From Nitrososphaeria archaeon (GTDB taxonomy: Archaea; Thermoproteota; Nitrososphaeria; JACIWG01): a stretch of DNA of 64,000 bases. The notes below the pieces were generated by a model that did no database searches, was not told the origin of the DNA, and saw nothing but the letters and a program-made list of their open reading frames with translations. Location: positions 32,803 through 96,802 of the forward strand of contig CAVVXT010000014.1 in NCBI GenBank assembly GCA_963752255.1. Reading direction: 5' to 3'. Positions 43,503-53,544 of the stretch are shown here, piece after piece. The translations under genes and the position numbers were made by a program. Position 1 is the stretch's first letter. Every line of letters begins with the position of its first letter.

Positions 43503-44666
43503 ATGTCTATGGATTGTGACGTTATTGTTGCAGGTGGTAGTTTCTCAGGACTATATTCTGCTAAGGAGCTGTCAAAAAAGGGGTTTACTGTTAAGGTTTT
43601 TGAAGAACACAACGAAATAGGCCATCCGAACAGATGCAGTGGGGTAGTGTCAATGAATTCATTGAAGGAGTTGGGCATCTTACCAACAGAAAGGTATATC
43701 CAAAATCGTTTCTCCAAGATCATGTTTCATTCATCGAGCAATGGTAAAATCCTACTAAGCTTCCGTTCCCCAGATATTTTGGTATTGAATCGTTATGAGA
43801 TGGATAACTTCCTTGCTGAGGAAGCTGCTAAAAATGGCGCTGAGCTTTTCATTTCTTCTAAAATAACAAACGTTTACCAAGACATCTCATTAGTAAAGGT
43901 CAAGTTAGTAGATGAAAATATGTTTTCTTCTAAATACTTGGTTGACGCAAGGGGCATAGCCTCATATGAGAATAAGGAAGGAATCTATAATGGTATTCAG
44001 TCTTACGCCCTCTACAAGAATTTCGAGCCAGACTGCATGCATGTATTCTTTGACACAAGTATCGCCCCAGGCTTCTTTGCGTGGCTGATTCCAATTGACA
44101 ATTACGTGGCAAAAGTTGGTTTAGGAACAAGATTACAGCCAATAGAATCATTTGATCGCTTTCTGAGCAAAATAAACGTAAGAACTCTGTTTAGTCGCAA
44201 TATTGCCCCAATAATTGTAGGTGGTCCAATTGAACATTTTGTTAGTGGTCGCATACTTTATGTTGGAGATTCTGCTGGTCAAACGAAACCGACTACTGGT
44301 GGCGGAATCTATTTTGGTGGAGTGGCGTCTTCATTAGCTTCTGAGGCTTTCGGAAATACGTTACAAAATCAGGATAGTTCCCTTGTCAAAGACTATGAAA
44401 AGAAATGGTTCTCTAAATTCAAGAGGGAAATCGAATATATGAAGCTTGCCCGAATATACTTTGAGAAAATGGAAAACCATGACATGGAAAAACTTTTTAC
44501 AACGGTTAAAAGGTCATATTCCGATCAAATTAACTTCGAAATGGACTACGATTTTCATGTGTCCTCTCTGATTAAGAGTCTTGGCGTTAAATCCTTCCTT
44601 TCTATTGCCATAAACATATTTGGTGCTTCAGTAAAGAATTCCTTGAAGAAAGTCGCTAATCTATAA
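43503..44666 (+). CDS. FAD-dependent geranylgeranyl reductase family protein
   Basis: It has an N-terminal dinucleotide-binding motif DVIVAGGSFSGLYSAKEL...KVFEE and a GDSAG motif, at about 390 aa. Confidence 0.65.
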   Translation: MSMDCDVIVAGGSFSGLYSAKELSKKGFTVKVFEEHNEIGHPNRCSGVVSMNSLKELGILPTERYIQNRFSKIMFHSSSNGKILLSFRSPDILVLNRYEMDNFLAEEAAKNGAELFISSKITNVYQDISLVKVKLVDENMFSSKYLVDARGIASYENKEGIYNGIQSYALYKNFEPDCMHVFFDTSIAPGFFAWLIPIDNYVAKVGLGTRLQPIESFDRFLSKINVRTLFSRNIAPIIVGGPIEHFVSGRILYVGDSAGQTKPTTGGGIYFGGVASSLASEAFGNTLQNQDSSLVKDYEKKWFSKFKREIEYMKLARIYFEKMENHDMEKLFTTVKRSYSDQINFEMDYDFHVSSLIKSLGVKSFLSIAINIFGASVKNSLKKVANL

Positions 44667-44713
44667 CGTTTTAAAAGGTAAACTTTATTTATTATAAGAA
44701 GCGACTGCGTGGT

Positions 44714-44890
44714 GTGTCCTCCGTAAAATACCCTAAGTGTACTTCCTGTAATAGGCCTATAGCCTTTGGAGAAAATGTTGTAAAGTTTAATTGTCCAAAC
44801 TGCGGTATAGTTCAAATATGGCGCTGTGAAAAATGTAGGGCATTTGCACGATCTTATAAATGCGTAAACTGCGGCTTTGAAGGTCCATAG
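44714..44890 (+). CDS. Zn-ribbon RNA-binding protein (COG2888-type) upstream of EF-1beta; GTG start, absent from the ORF track
   Basis: The translation is (M)SSVKYPKCTSCNRPIAFGENVVKFNCPNCGIVQIWRCEKCRAFARSYKCVNCGFEGP. It has four CxxC pairs, and the position before ef1b is conserved in archaea. Confidence 0.5.
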   Translation: MSSVKYPKCTSCNRPIAFGENVVKFNCPNCGIVQIWRCEKCRAFARSYKCVNCGFEGP

Positions 44891-44901
44891 GTGTTTTTTT
44901 A

Positions 44902-45165
44902 ATGGGTAAAATGGTTATCAGGTATAAGATTTTTCCAGATGACATTAGCATAGACCTACAGGGTCTTTACAACGAAATCAAACAAAAACTAGAAGGGAAA
45001 GCTGAAATTGGACAGTTCAAGAGCGAACCTATTGCTTTTGGATTAAATGCTATGATCTTAGACGTTCGAATGGATGACAAAGCAAACGTAGACGTCATTG
45101 AATCGGTAATAAAAGGAATAAAAAATGTAGGAGAATTAGAAGCTATCGCTTCAACAAAAGTCTAA
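44902..45165 (+). CDS. ef1b: elongation factor 1-beta
   Basis: It is 87 aa with MGKMVIRYKIFPDD...IAFGLNAMILDVRMDD. Confidence 0.75.
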   Translation: MGKMVIRYKIFPDDISIDLQGLYNEIKQKLEGKAEIGQFKSEPIAFGLNAMILDVRMDDKANVDVIESVIKGIKNVGELEAIASTKV

Positions 45166-45590
45166 TTTTTGCTTTCTTTTAATATAACTTCGTACCAGAT
45201 GCTCTTTCCATTCTTATAAACATAATACGCATTCAGAGCCTCCATATTTGGATACTTCTCTTTAGCCCTGTTGATCGCTGTTTTCCTATAATTTACCTTA
45301 GTTTTTATTTTGAGAACACCAAGATGCTTTGGTCTTCTACCCGATGTGGGCCTCTTTATTCTCTTTCCACTTCTGCTCAACTTTGTTCTAACAATTATAT
45401 AACCCTGCTTTGCTTTGTACCCTAAAGACCTGGCCCTATCCAATCGAGTTGGTCTTTCTATTCTAACTATTGAATGTTCTCTCCTCCACTTTTCGGCTCT
45501 AACTTTAATTACTGATCTGTTATCCTTGTACACCTTTCTCCAGGTCTGTCTTATTTGTTTGTACATAGCCAACTCACCGCTGTTAAACAA
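45162..45590 (-). CDS. rpl15e: ribosomal protein L15e
   Basis: It has MYKQIRQTWRK...RPTRLDRARSLGYKAKQGYIIVR. The true start is probably the internal MYKQ near 45566. Confidence 0.8.
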   Translation of the reverse strand: MFNSGELAMYKQIRQTWRKVYKDNRSVIKVRAEKWRREHSIVRIERPTRLDRARSLGYKAKQGYIIVRTKLSRSGKRIKRPTSGRRPKHLGVLKIKTKVNYRKTAINRAKEKYPNMEALNAYYVYKNGKSIWYEVILKESKN

Positions 45591-45635
45591 ACATATTAAA
45601 TTTTACCTTTTTAAGAGCAGAAGGTGGTAAGTTAG

Positions 45636-46607
45636 ATGCTTGAAATAGATAAGTTTGCACTAACAAAATTGATAGAAGAGAAGAAGCCTAAACGGATTCT
45701 GGTGAGTTGTCCATCCGGCGTCATAGTTAGATGTATAGACTTTGTCTCCTCATTGGCTTCGAAGTACAATTTTGAGGTCATATTCTCAGGGGAACCGTGT
45801 TATGGCATATGTGATTTAACTGAGAACGACATTTCGATTCTGGGCGTGGATCTGTCAATTCATATAGGTCATACGTCATCATCGAGTAAAATTGGTCGCT
45901 CTACATACCTGATTGAAGCCCAAGATGATATAGACGTAGTTCCTGTCATAGAAAAAGCTATAACTTCAGGCCTTTTGAACTATCAGAATGTGGGTCTTTG
46001 CACTATTGGCCCACATCTTTCTAAGCTAAATGACGCTAAACTCTATTTAGAATCCAAGAATTTCAACGTTTCTATTGGAGAAGAAAGCCCGCCTTTAAAG
46101 AGTGGACAAATTTATGGATGCGTCTTCACTACATGTTCAAAAATTCTATCTAAGGTAGATGCTTTCGTCTTTATAGGTTCAAGTCGATTTCATGCGATCG
46201 GTCTTTACAATTGTTTGCAAAAACCGGTTATAATGCTTGATCCTTATATGATGGAAGTTGTCCCGATAGAAAAGGAAGCTTTGGTTGTAAAAAAGCGTTT
46301 GATCTTTAATTTCTACAAAGCAGTTGAAGCAAAAAATATCGGGATAATAATCGGTTTAAAAGAAGGCCAATTGAAAAAGAGAGAAGCCTTACTTCTGAAC
46401 AGAGAATTAAGCAAGATCGGAAAGAACGTCTTCATGATAGTCATGAGGGAGATTACGAATGATAAGCTAAATGAATTTCAGAATGTTGAAGCTTTCATAG
46501 AGACTGCTTGTCCACGAATTGGAGATGATCACTTCGATAAACCGGTGATTTCATTAGAATACGGTCATAAACTCATAGAATACTTTAGAACAAGTTCTAA
46601 GATATAA
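45636..46607 (+). CDS. dph2: 2-(3-amino-3-carboxypropyl)histidine synthase (Dph2)
   Basis: It has RILVSCPSG, FSGEPCYGICDL and ILGVDLSIHIGHT, and ACPRIGDDHFDKPVISLEY near the C-terminus. Confidence 0.7.
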   Translation: MLEIDKFALTKLIEEKKPKRILVSCPSGVIVRCIDFVSSLASKYNFEVIFSGEPCYGICDLTENDISILGVDLSIHIGHTSSSSKIGRSTYLIEAQDDIDVVPVIEKAITSGLLNYQNVGLCTIGPHLSKLNDAKLYLESKNFNVSIGEESPPLKSGQIYGCVFTTCSKILSKVDAFVFIGSSRFHAIGLYNCLQKPVIMLDPYMMEVVPIEKEALVVKKRLIFNFYKAVEAKNIGIIIGLKEGQLKKREALLLNRELSKIGKNVFMIVMREITNDKLNEFQNVEAFIETACPRIGDDHFDKPVISLEYGHKLIEYFRTSSKI

Positions 46608-46649
46608 ACGATAGAATTATATGCACTCAGTTAGGAGCCTAAGTAGGAT

Positions 46650-47234
46650 ATGAATATACTTAAGAAGAAAACCTTCTACATTCCAGGAGACATGGTTGGC
46701 GTGATAGAAGAGTTCACCCCATCTTCTAACGTCTACCAAGAGAACTATAACATAAGGTCAAAGGTATTGGGAGAAATAAAGGTTGACCAAAAGACGAGAG
46801 CTGTTTCAGTTATTCCAAAGGCTCCACTTAAGGGCATCCCCAAAGTTGGAGATGAGGTTGTGGGAGTCGTAGAACAGTCACAGAGTGGGCTTGTCATGAT
46901 AAGAATAAAGGAAATCAATGGAAAGTCGGTGCAATCTAATTTTATGGGATTAATCATACTCCGTGAGCAACAGTCCGATAGGGAAAGAAGAATAGTGATA
47001 AAGTCTAGTGATATTGTTCGCGCAAAGGTCGTCAGCTTGTTGAATAACGTAATACATCTTTCTATTGATGGAGAACCTTATGGAGTCCTTCAAACAGTAT
47101 GTAGTTTTTGTGGTGGCCAAGTTCAACAGATCGGGCGTAGAATCTTATGCACCCAATGCAAGATAGTAGATGAAAGAAAGTTGGCAGTAGATTTCGGAAG
47201 GTTTAAAAATGTAGAAACAAAGGGGCAGAATTAG
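46650..47234 (+). CDS. csl4: exosome RNA-binding subunit Csl4
   Basis: It has an N-terminal domain, an S1 domain (VGDEVVGVVEQSQSGLVMIRI) and a C-terminal zinc ribbon CSFCGG...CTQCK. Confidence 0.7.
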   Translation: MNILKKKTFYIPGDMVGVIEEFTPSSNVYQENYNIRSKVLGEIKVDQKTRAVSVIPKAPLKGIPKVGDEVVGVVEQSQSGLVMIRIKEINGKSVQSNFMGLIILREQQSDRERRIVIKSSDIVRAKVVSLLNNVIHLSIDGEPYGVLQTVCSFCGGQVQQIGRRILCTQCKIVDERKLAVDFGRFKNVETKGQN

Positions 47235-47236
47235 AA

Positions 47237-47521
47237 ATGCCATCTAGTCATACTGAATCTGCAAAGGAATTGGATCTCGGAACGATAGATGTAACTATTG
47301 CAGACGCTCTGGTTTCTATGCTATTAAAAAATCCTGAAGTTGTTTTTGCAGGTGTTGTACCTCCGCACCCCCTCTTTGGCAAAGTTTCCATAAAAATTTT
47401 AACCAAGAAGAAATCCCCTGAAGTGTGTCTAATGAATGCTGCAAAAGAAGTTAAAGCTGCAATAAGTGCAGTTTTTGATGAAGTTTCATCCTCATTACAA
47501 AAATCTTCTGGAGTAAGTTAG
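47237..47521 (+). CDS. rpoL: DNA-directed RNA polymerase subunit L (Rpb11 homolog)
   Basis: It has the motif PEVVFAGVVPPHPLFGKVSIKI. Confidence 0.6.
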   Translation: MPSSHTESAKELDLGTIDVTIADALVSMLLKNPEVVFAGVVPPHPLFGKVSIKILTKKKSPEVCLMNAAKEVKAAISAVFDEVSSSLQKSSGVS

Positions 47522-47522
47522 T

Positions 47523-47861
47523 ATGAAATTCTGTGATACATGTGGCTCGCGCTTGAAGATTAAACAGTTTAAAGAGGAAGGGAAGACTGTGCTTCGATAT
47601 TATTGCCCTAAATGCAACAAGGTTTACGATCCTACCAATTTTGGCTCCTCTGAAGTTAAAAAAGGGGAGTCCCATCCAATAAAGATATTGAGTGACGCAG
47701 AATCCAAGCTTGAAACCATGCCGACCATTGAAATCGAATGCCCTAAATGTGGGAACAATAAGTCTTACTGGTGGCTTTTACAGACAAGAAGCGGAGACGA
47801 GCCTCCCACTCAGTTCTATAGGTGTACAAAGTGCAGTCATACTTGGAGAATGTACGCCTAA
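47523..47861 (+). CDS. tfs: transcription factor S / RNA polymerase subunit M
   Basis: It has an N-terminal Zn ribbon CDTCGS...CPKC and a C-terminal TFIIS-type ribbon CPKCGNNKSYWWLLQTRSGDEPPTQFYRCTKCSHTWR. Confidence 0.75.
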   Translation: MKFCDTCGSRLKIKQFKEEGKTVLRYYCPKCNKVYDPTNFGSSEVKKGESHPIKILSDAESKLETMPTIEIECPKCGNNKSYWWLLQTRSGDEPPTQFYRCTKCSHTWRMYA

Positions 47862-48904
47862 GCAACACTAGTGCTCTCAATAAGTTGAATAGCATCTTCT
47901 TCTGATAGCTTGACTTTATTCAAGATTGTAAATCGATCTCGCAGTTTAGGTGCCAATAACAGGGCTTCAACTGCCTGTTCTTTGGTGATTCCTAAACTTG
48001 GAAGATATGTTGGCGTGCCTATGTTTTCCAAGGCAGACTTTATTTCCTCCCAGTCCAAATTATGTAACTTTGCCATGAGAATTGTTCCAATCCCACACTT
48101 CTCTCCATGCAAGCCCTTTCCTGGGGCGAGGATGTCTAGCGCGTGACTGAAAAGGTGTTCGGAACCACTACAAGGTCTACTACTGCCCGCTATACCTGCC
48201 GCAACACCAGCACTAATAAGCGCTTCAACAACGTCCCTAGTGCTCGTAACCAAATTAGAACCTATCTTCTTAGAATTCTTTAGAATAACTTCAGCGCTTA
48301 GAAGGGCTAAATTGGCGGCATATTCCCCATAATATTCGTCCGTCTCTTCTTTACTCAATTGCCAGTCCTTGACCGCAGTGACCTTTGCTATCAGATCACC
48401 ACATCCACTTCGAATGTATTTTTGAGGAGCTGAAGAGATTATTTGAATGTCAGCAAGTAATCCCAGAGGTGAGGAAGAAACGATAGAGTAAGGCTTTCCG
48501 CTATCCTTTATCGAAGCAAACGGACTTGCTATACCATCGTGTGCGGCATTTGTCGGCAGACTAATGAAAGGCTTCCTACTTTTATATGAACTCAATTTCG
48601 CGACATCTATACAGGTTCCCCCTCCCATACCAATAACACCGTCTACATTTTCTTTAACTATCTCTTCGATGGTTTCTTTTACATTTGAAAAATCAGCCGT
48701 CTTAATAATATTCCAATAATATTTTATGTCACAAGTTTTTAGGGAGTTCTCAACCCTTCCCCCGTACTGGTTTCTTATGAATTCATCGCTTACAATGAGA
48801 ACCTTCCTTGTGCCACAGAGCTTGGCTATGAATTCTCCAATATTGACTATTATCCTATCTCCAACAAGAATTGCTCTGGGGAACTCCATAAAATGTGAGT
48901 TCAT
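47858..48904 (-). CDS. egsA: glycerol-1-phosphate dehydrogenase [NAD(P)+]
   Basis: It is 348 aa and resembles DHQS/iron-ADH (MGGGTCIDVAK, HDGIASPF), the archaeal G1PDH size and pattern. Confidence 0.6.
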   Translation of the reverse strand: MNSHFMEFPRAILVGDRIIVNIGEFIAKLCGTRKVLIVSDEFIRNQYGGRVENSLKTCDIKYYWNIIKTADFSNVKETIEEIVKENVDGVIGMGGGTCIDVAKLSSYKSRKPFISLPTNAAHDGIASPFASIKDSGKPYSIVSSSPLGLLADIQIISSAPQKYIRSGCGDLIAKVTAVKDWQLSKEETDEYYGEYAANLALLSAEVILKNSKKIGSNLVTSTRDVVEALISAGVAAGIAGSSRPCSGSEHLFSHALDILAPGKGLHGEKCGIGTILMAKLHNLDWEEIKSALENIGTPTYLPSLGITKEQAVEALLLAPKLRDRFTILNKVKLSEEDAIQLIESTSVA

Positions 48905-48991
48905 TAATTATAGGTTTTGGAAACATTTATTTAAACCCTAATTAAATACCTGCGATAAAGCAGAAGCCTCTTAAAGGAGCGATGAATAAAT

Positions 48992-49639
48992 TTGATTACA
49001 AATTCTAATGGCAAAGTCCCTAAGATATATCATGGGACAACAACCGTCGGCTTAGTGTGTGTCGATGGTGTAGTATTCGCTACTGATACTAGGGTTACGG
49101 CAGATGGTTATGTAGCCCACAAGAAAGGGAAGAAACTGTACAAGATCGCAGACAACCTTGCCATGACTATCGCTGGAACGGTTGCTGACGCGCAAAACGT
49201 GATAAACATAATACGTTTCTATGTAAAAAAATATGAGCTTGAACATCAAATGCAGATTCCAATAAAGGCAGCAGCCACTTTGACTTCAAACATTTTTTCT
49301 GCGAATCGTATGTTTCCGCTGATAACTCAAGTAATTATGGGCGGCGTCGACGGTGGTCTACCTTCATTATTTCAGATAGACTTCTTTGGATCTCTAACAG
49401 AAGAGAAGGTTTTCTCAACTGGGAGTGGTTCGCCTATAGCATATTCTATCCTAGAATCGTCATATTCTCCCAGTCTAAGTACAAAAGAAGGGGCGAAGAT
49501 AGCAGCTAAATCGGTTCTCGCTGCCATGAAAAGGGATACTGCTACAGGGGAAAGTCTTGATGTGGGCATAATTGATTCAAATGGTTATCGTGAACTTGAT
49601 TCAGAGGCAAAAAATGAACTGATAAAAGATCTATGGTAG
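48992..49639 (+). CDS. psmB: proteasome beta subunit (copy 2)
   Basis: It has the catalytic-Thr context HGTTTVGLVCVDGVVFATDTR. Confidence 0.8.
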   Translation: MITNSNGKVPKIYHGTTTVGLVCVDGVVFATDTRVTADGYVAHKKGKKLYKIADNLAMTIAGTVADAQNVINIIRFYVKKYELEHQMQIPIKAAATLTSNIFSANRMFPLITQVIMGGVDGGLPSLFQIDFFGSLTEEKVFSTGSGSPIAYSILESSYSPSLSTKEGAKIAAKSVLAAMKRDTATGESLDVGIIDSNGYRELDSEAKNELIKDLW

Positions 49640-51564
49640 ACAGTAACTTGCAACATAAAAACAACTCTGACAAAGCCTCTGGCACAGTCTTTCTGCAGAG
49701 CATTCCTCCCCAAGCAGAGGTCACGAATATAGAATATGAAGGTCCAAGATTTGCCATTTACACAAAGAATCCGAAGTTCTTCGTAGAGAATAACTTCGTA
49801 ATATCTGATATTGTCTCGAATCTTAAAAAGAGAGTTGTTATTAGAGCTGATAAATCAATAAGAAAAACAGAGGAGCAGACAAAAGAAATCATCTCTAAAA
49901 GGCTTCCTTCGGATCTTGTTATAGAACGTTTTATTTTCGATAAGGTACTGGGAGAAGTTTTTGTCGAACTGAAAGATCTGTACAAAATTTATTCTAAGAT
50001 AGCGGAACTTAACCAGAACATCTTTTCTGAGACAGGATGGAGGCCTAAGTTCAGAAAGACTTCTTCGTTGAGATCTGAAGGTTTAGAACAGGTCTATCAT
50101 GTACTACAAACCGACTCGAATGATAGAGAGCGTATACTAAAAGATGTCGGAGAATATATTTTTAGGCAAAAGCTTACTGAGAAAATAGAAGTGCTCGCCT
50201 CATTCCTGGGCGGGTCCCAACAGGTCGGACGTTCATGCGTACAGGTAAGAACTAACGAGAGCAACATTCTGATAGATTGTGGTATAAACCCTGGTGCAAA
50301 TGACCCTTTGGATATGTACCCAAGACTGGACATGTATTCGAAGAATCTAGATGATCTTGATGCTGTAATAATAAGTCACGCTCACCTTGATCATTGTGGT
50401 TTTCTTCCTGCGCTTTTCAAATATGGATATGATGGGCCAGTTTATTGTTCTGAACCAACCCTCAACCTTATGGCTCTGTTATTGACCGACTTCATAAAAA
50501 TTTCTTCTTCTGAAAATGCGATATCTTTATTTGATATGAGAGATTTGAGGGAAACAATTCAGCATTGCATACCCTTACCTTATGGTTCTGTCACTGATAT
50601 TTCTCCTGACACCAAACTGATACTTAACAACGCGGGCCACATATTGGGCTCAGCATCAGTTCACTTACATTTTGGAGAAGGCGTATATAATCTCGTCTAC
50701 ACAGGCGATTTCAAGTTCGAAAAGACCCAGTTACTAGATGCTGCTCAATACGGTTTTCCACGCGTAGAGACCGTTATTATAGAAAGCACTTACGGCTCTA
50801 AAGAGGACATTATGCCCTCTAGACTGGATGTAGAACGGTACTTTGTAAATTCGATAAACAGTTCTCTTTCTAAGGGGGGTAAGGTGTTGATTCCTGTTCC
50901 AGCTGTAGGGCGCGCACAGGAAATCATGTTAGTCTTAGACTCTTATTTGAAGTCAAAGGAAATGATCGAGTGTCCTGTGTTTATTGAAGGTATGATCACT
51001 GATGCGACAGCCATTCATATCGCATTTCCAGACTATCTTGCTTCTGAACTAAGGTCTTCTATTGTTGAGAGAGGAATTAACCCGTTCGAATCTGAGTACT
51101 TTACTGTGATAAATAAACCTGATGAGAGAGAAGAGGCGTTGCAACAAGGTCCGGCAATCATAATGGCTACATCCGGTATGCTTGAAGGAGGTCCGGCAAT
51201 AAGATACTTAGAAGAGATTTCCGGAGATGAACGAAACAAGGTGCTTTTTGTATCCTATCAAATTAATGGCACACTCGGCCGCCGTGTTCTGGATGGAGCT
51301 AAACAGATAAGTATAATTGACGACGATGGTAAAATAAAGATAATGGATTTAAGGTGCGAAATAGACAAGGTTGTAGGATTCAGCGGCCACAGTGACTACA
51401 ATCAGATTATGAAGTTTATTGCGAAACTTAGACCAAAACTCAGGAATGTCGTGGTTAATCATGGTGAGAAGGCAAAGACTCTTAGTATAAGCAATAACAT
51501 AAGTAGACTTTTCCGTTTGCCAGCCACAGCGCCTGCTAGCCTGGAAACGCTTAGGTTTGTCTAA
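49633..51564 (+). CDS. aCPSF1 (FttA)-type KH-domain beta-CASP metallo-beta-lactamase ribonuclease
   Basis: It has two N-terminal KH-like regions, the MBL motif ISHAHLDHCG and beta-CASP motifs, at 643 aa. Confidence 0.8.
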   Translation: MVDSNLQHKNNSDKASGTVFLQSIPPQAEVTNIEYEGPRFAIYTKNPKFFVENNFVISDIVSNLKKRVVIRADKSIRKTEEQTKEIISKRLPSDLVIERFIFDKVLGEVFVELKDLYKIYSKIAELNQNIFSETGWRPKFRKTSSLRSEGLEQVYHVLQTDSNDRERILKDVGEYIFRQKLTEKIEVLASFLGGSQQVGRSCVQVRTNESNILIDCGINPGANDPLDMYPRLDMYSKNLDDLDAVIISHAHLDHCGFLPALFKYGYDGPVYCSEPTLNLMALLLTDFIKISSSENAISLFDMRDLRETIQHCIPLPYGSVTDISPDTKLILNNAGHILGSASVHLHFGEGVYNLVYTGDFKFEKTQLLDAAQYGFPRVETVIIESTYGSKEDIMPSRLDVERYFVNSINSSLSKGGKVLIPVPAVGRAQEIMLVLDSYLKSKEMIECPVFIEGMITDATAIHIAFPDYLASELRSSIVERGINPFESEYFTVINKPDEREEALQQGPAIIMATSGMLEGGPAIRYLEEISGDERNKVLFVSYQINGTLGRRVLDGAKQISIIDDDGKIKIMDLRCEIDKVVGFSGHSDYNQIMKFIAKLRPKLRNVVVNHGEKAKTLSISNNISRLFRLPATAPASLETLRFV

Positions 51565-51848
51565 CCTCTCCATATGCCGACGGTGGGCGGTGTAATTATT
51601 ATCCTGTCTTCTCCGAGTCTAGCAATATCGCCACCATTTGCTGTCGCGATTTCGTAAAGTCTGCTTACGGCCTCCCTGAGTTCTTCAATATTTTTTTGAG
51701 CTAGTGGGGTTATCCTTAGTATGACTATCGTATTGTTTTCTATATCTTCCTTTACTTTTTCGACTTCGGTCGCCGACCTGAGCGCATATGCCTTTAGCAG
51801 CATCCGTACACTTTGACGCTTCTCATTATTGATTAACTCGCTTGCCAA
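51561..51848 (-). CDS. SepF/DUF552-like protein
   Basis: It is 95 aa, and IVILRITPLAQKNIEELREAVSRLYEIATANGGDIARLGEDRIIITPPTV matches the SepF core pattern. Confidence 0.4.
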   Translation of the reverse strand: MASELINNEKRQSVRMLLKAYALRSATEVEKVKEDIENNTIVILRITPLAQKNIEELREAVSRLYEIATANGGDIARLGEDRIIITPPTVGIWRG

Positions 51849-51979
51849 GGTCTAACGCCCTATTGTAGAACTTTTACATCCTTGTTTTTAAACGTTAGCA
51901 TAAGTTAATCATTTTGATAAAAAATTTTAATATAAAAATTGCTATAAAACTCTTATTAGCGTATGTGAAGTCCTAGTCG

Positions 51980-52507
51980 ATGGAAGAACTTTCTAAGAAC
52001 GTTCTGATAGTCTTTTGTGGCCCATCAGGCGCTGGTAAGACTACGGTTGCAAGAATGGTCTCAGAAGACCTGGCGAGGAGCACTCCAACAATTCATGTAC
52101 AAACTGATTTGATAAGGAAGATGTTCGTTAAACCATCGTATAACAGGAGTGAAAGCCACTTTGTGTACTCTCTACTATACGAAATCACAAGAAAGCTCTT
52201 GCCGCAAAACTATAACGTTATATTGGATGGCACTTTCCTTAATAATAGTTATAGGCTAAGGGCCATCCAGATTGCAAGATACTTCAGAAAGCGTTATCTG
52301 ATAGTTGGATTAAAAGCGAATCTGGCTACCTTGATAGAAAGGAACAAGAGTCGCTCATCCGAGGAACATGTGCCTGACAGAACGGTTACCGGCTTCTGGA
52401 TCAGATTTCAATATCCTATGAACGGTATTATGATAGATACCGACCTGCATTCACCTGAAGAATGTGCTGGGATTATTCTTCAAAGGCTTTCCTATTTGCA
52501 AAGGTAG
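51980..52507 (+). CDS. P-loop nucleotide/nucleoside kinase family protein
   Basis: It has Walker A FCGPSGAGKTT at the N-terminus and is 175 aa. Confidence 0.4.
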   Translation: MEELSKNVLIVFCGPSGAGKTTVARMVSEDLARSTPTIHVQTDLIRKMFVKPSYNRSESHFVYSLLYEITRKLLPQNYNVILDGTFLNNSYRLRAIQIARYFRKRYLIVGLKANLATLIERNKSRSSEEHVPDRTVTGFWIRFQYPMNGIMIDTDLHSPEECAGIILQRLSYLQR

Positions 52508-52508
52508 C

Positions 52509-53000
52509 TCAGGACAGTTTTATATCCTTCATGATGTCCCAATATTTGTCTCCAACATAGTGAAGGTTGTCTAGTACTACTCCCTTTACTGTCTTTTCAG
52601 CCTCACTTTTTTCCACAAGTGCTCGTGCTATAGAGATATACTTACCATGAATCGCATCCTTTACGCATACGACATCGCCTTCAGAAAATTCTCCTTCAAA
52701 GGCGACTATTCCAGGTCTCATGATTTTCGCACCTTTACATATATAAGGTATTGCGCCTTTATCCACTTTTATGTAAGGAAGTTTTCCAAGAAAACCTTCT
52801 TCGCAAACAAGCGAGGGGAAGATCTCTTCCTTTTCTTTTATCAGGACAATTTTGTCAAGTAATAAAACCTGCGCGTCTTTTTCTATTTCTATTACCCTAT
52901 TACCTTTTTCCTTTACATCTGGGAGGTCAACCTTCAGCTGTTTTTTGATTTCTTCTAGCACGTTTTTTGTATCCGTCTTGGAAAGGTAGAATTCGCGCAC
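52509..53000 (-). CDS. PUA-domain RNA-binding protein (Nip7-like)
   Basis: It is 163 aa with a C-terminal PUA-like segment (KIMRPGIVAFEGEFSEGDVVCVKD). Confidence 0.4.
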   Translation of the reverse strand: MREFYLSKTDTKNVLEEIKKQLKVDLPDVKEKGNRVIEIEKDAQVLLLDKIVLIKEKEEIFPSLVCEEGFLGKLPYIKVDKGAIPYICKGAKIMRPGIVAFEGEFSEGDVVCVKDAIHGKYISIARALVEKSEAEKTVKGVVLDNLHYVGDKYWDIMKDIKLS

Positions 53001-53094
53001 ACCATTTTTCTCCTACATATTATTTCTTAAACTTTATCAAAAAGGTAAGGTAAATAAAGAGGTGTTTTAGAGTTGGTATCAGTAGGCGACTCAT

Positions 53095-53322
53095 TTGTCA
53101 CTCGATTTAGCTGTAAAGATGTTGGAAACAAGCTTAGGTAAGATTGTACTCGTTAAGCTAAAGGGTGGACGTGCGATCCGAGGCATTTTGAAAGGTTATG
53201 ATCAGCATATGAACTTTTTGCTTGAACAGTCAGAGGAAATCATGGACGATGGTAAAGCCTCCTCGCTTGGTACTATTGTTGTACGCGGTGACAACGTTAT
53301 ACTCATATCACCTTCTCCATAG
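53095..53322 (+). CDS. Sm-like archaeal protein (LSm)
   Basis: It has the Sm1/Sm2 pattern ([26 protein letters not shown] ... [12 protein letters not shown]). Confidence 0.7.
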   Translation: MSLDLAVKMLETSLGKIVLVKLKGGRAIRGILKGYDQHMNFLLEQSEEIMDDGKASSLGTIVVRGDNVILISPSP

Positions 53323-53331
53323 GTGACATAA

Positions 53332-53478
53332 ATGAAAGGTACTACTTCTAGTGGGCCAAAGGGAAAGAGGCCAAGAACTCATATGATATGTCGAAGATGC
53401 GGTAAGCCTTCTTTTCATGTGAGTAAGAAAAGATGCTCATTCTGTGGTTTTGGTGCGACAAAGAAGCTTAGGAAGTAG
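53332..53478 (+). CDS. rpl37e: ribosomal protein L37e (48 aa); absent from the ORF track
   Basis: The translation is MKGTTSSGPKGKRPRTHMICRRCGKPSFHVSKKRCSFCGFGATKKLRK. It has a C4 zinc ribbon, and LSm-L37e adjacency is conserved in archaea. Confidence 0.7.
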   Translation: MKGTTSSGPKGKRPRTHMICRRCGKPSFHVSKKRCSFCGFGATKKLRK

Positions 53479-53544
53479 TTCTCTTGCACCAATATGTTTA
53501 ATACCAATATGTTTAATTATAGGCTGAGAAAGGATTATTAAAAG

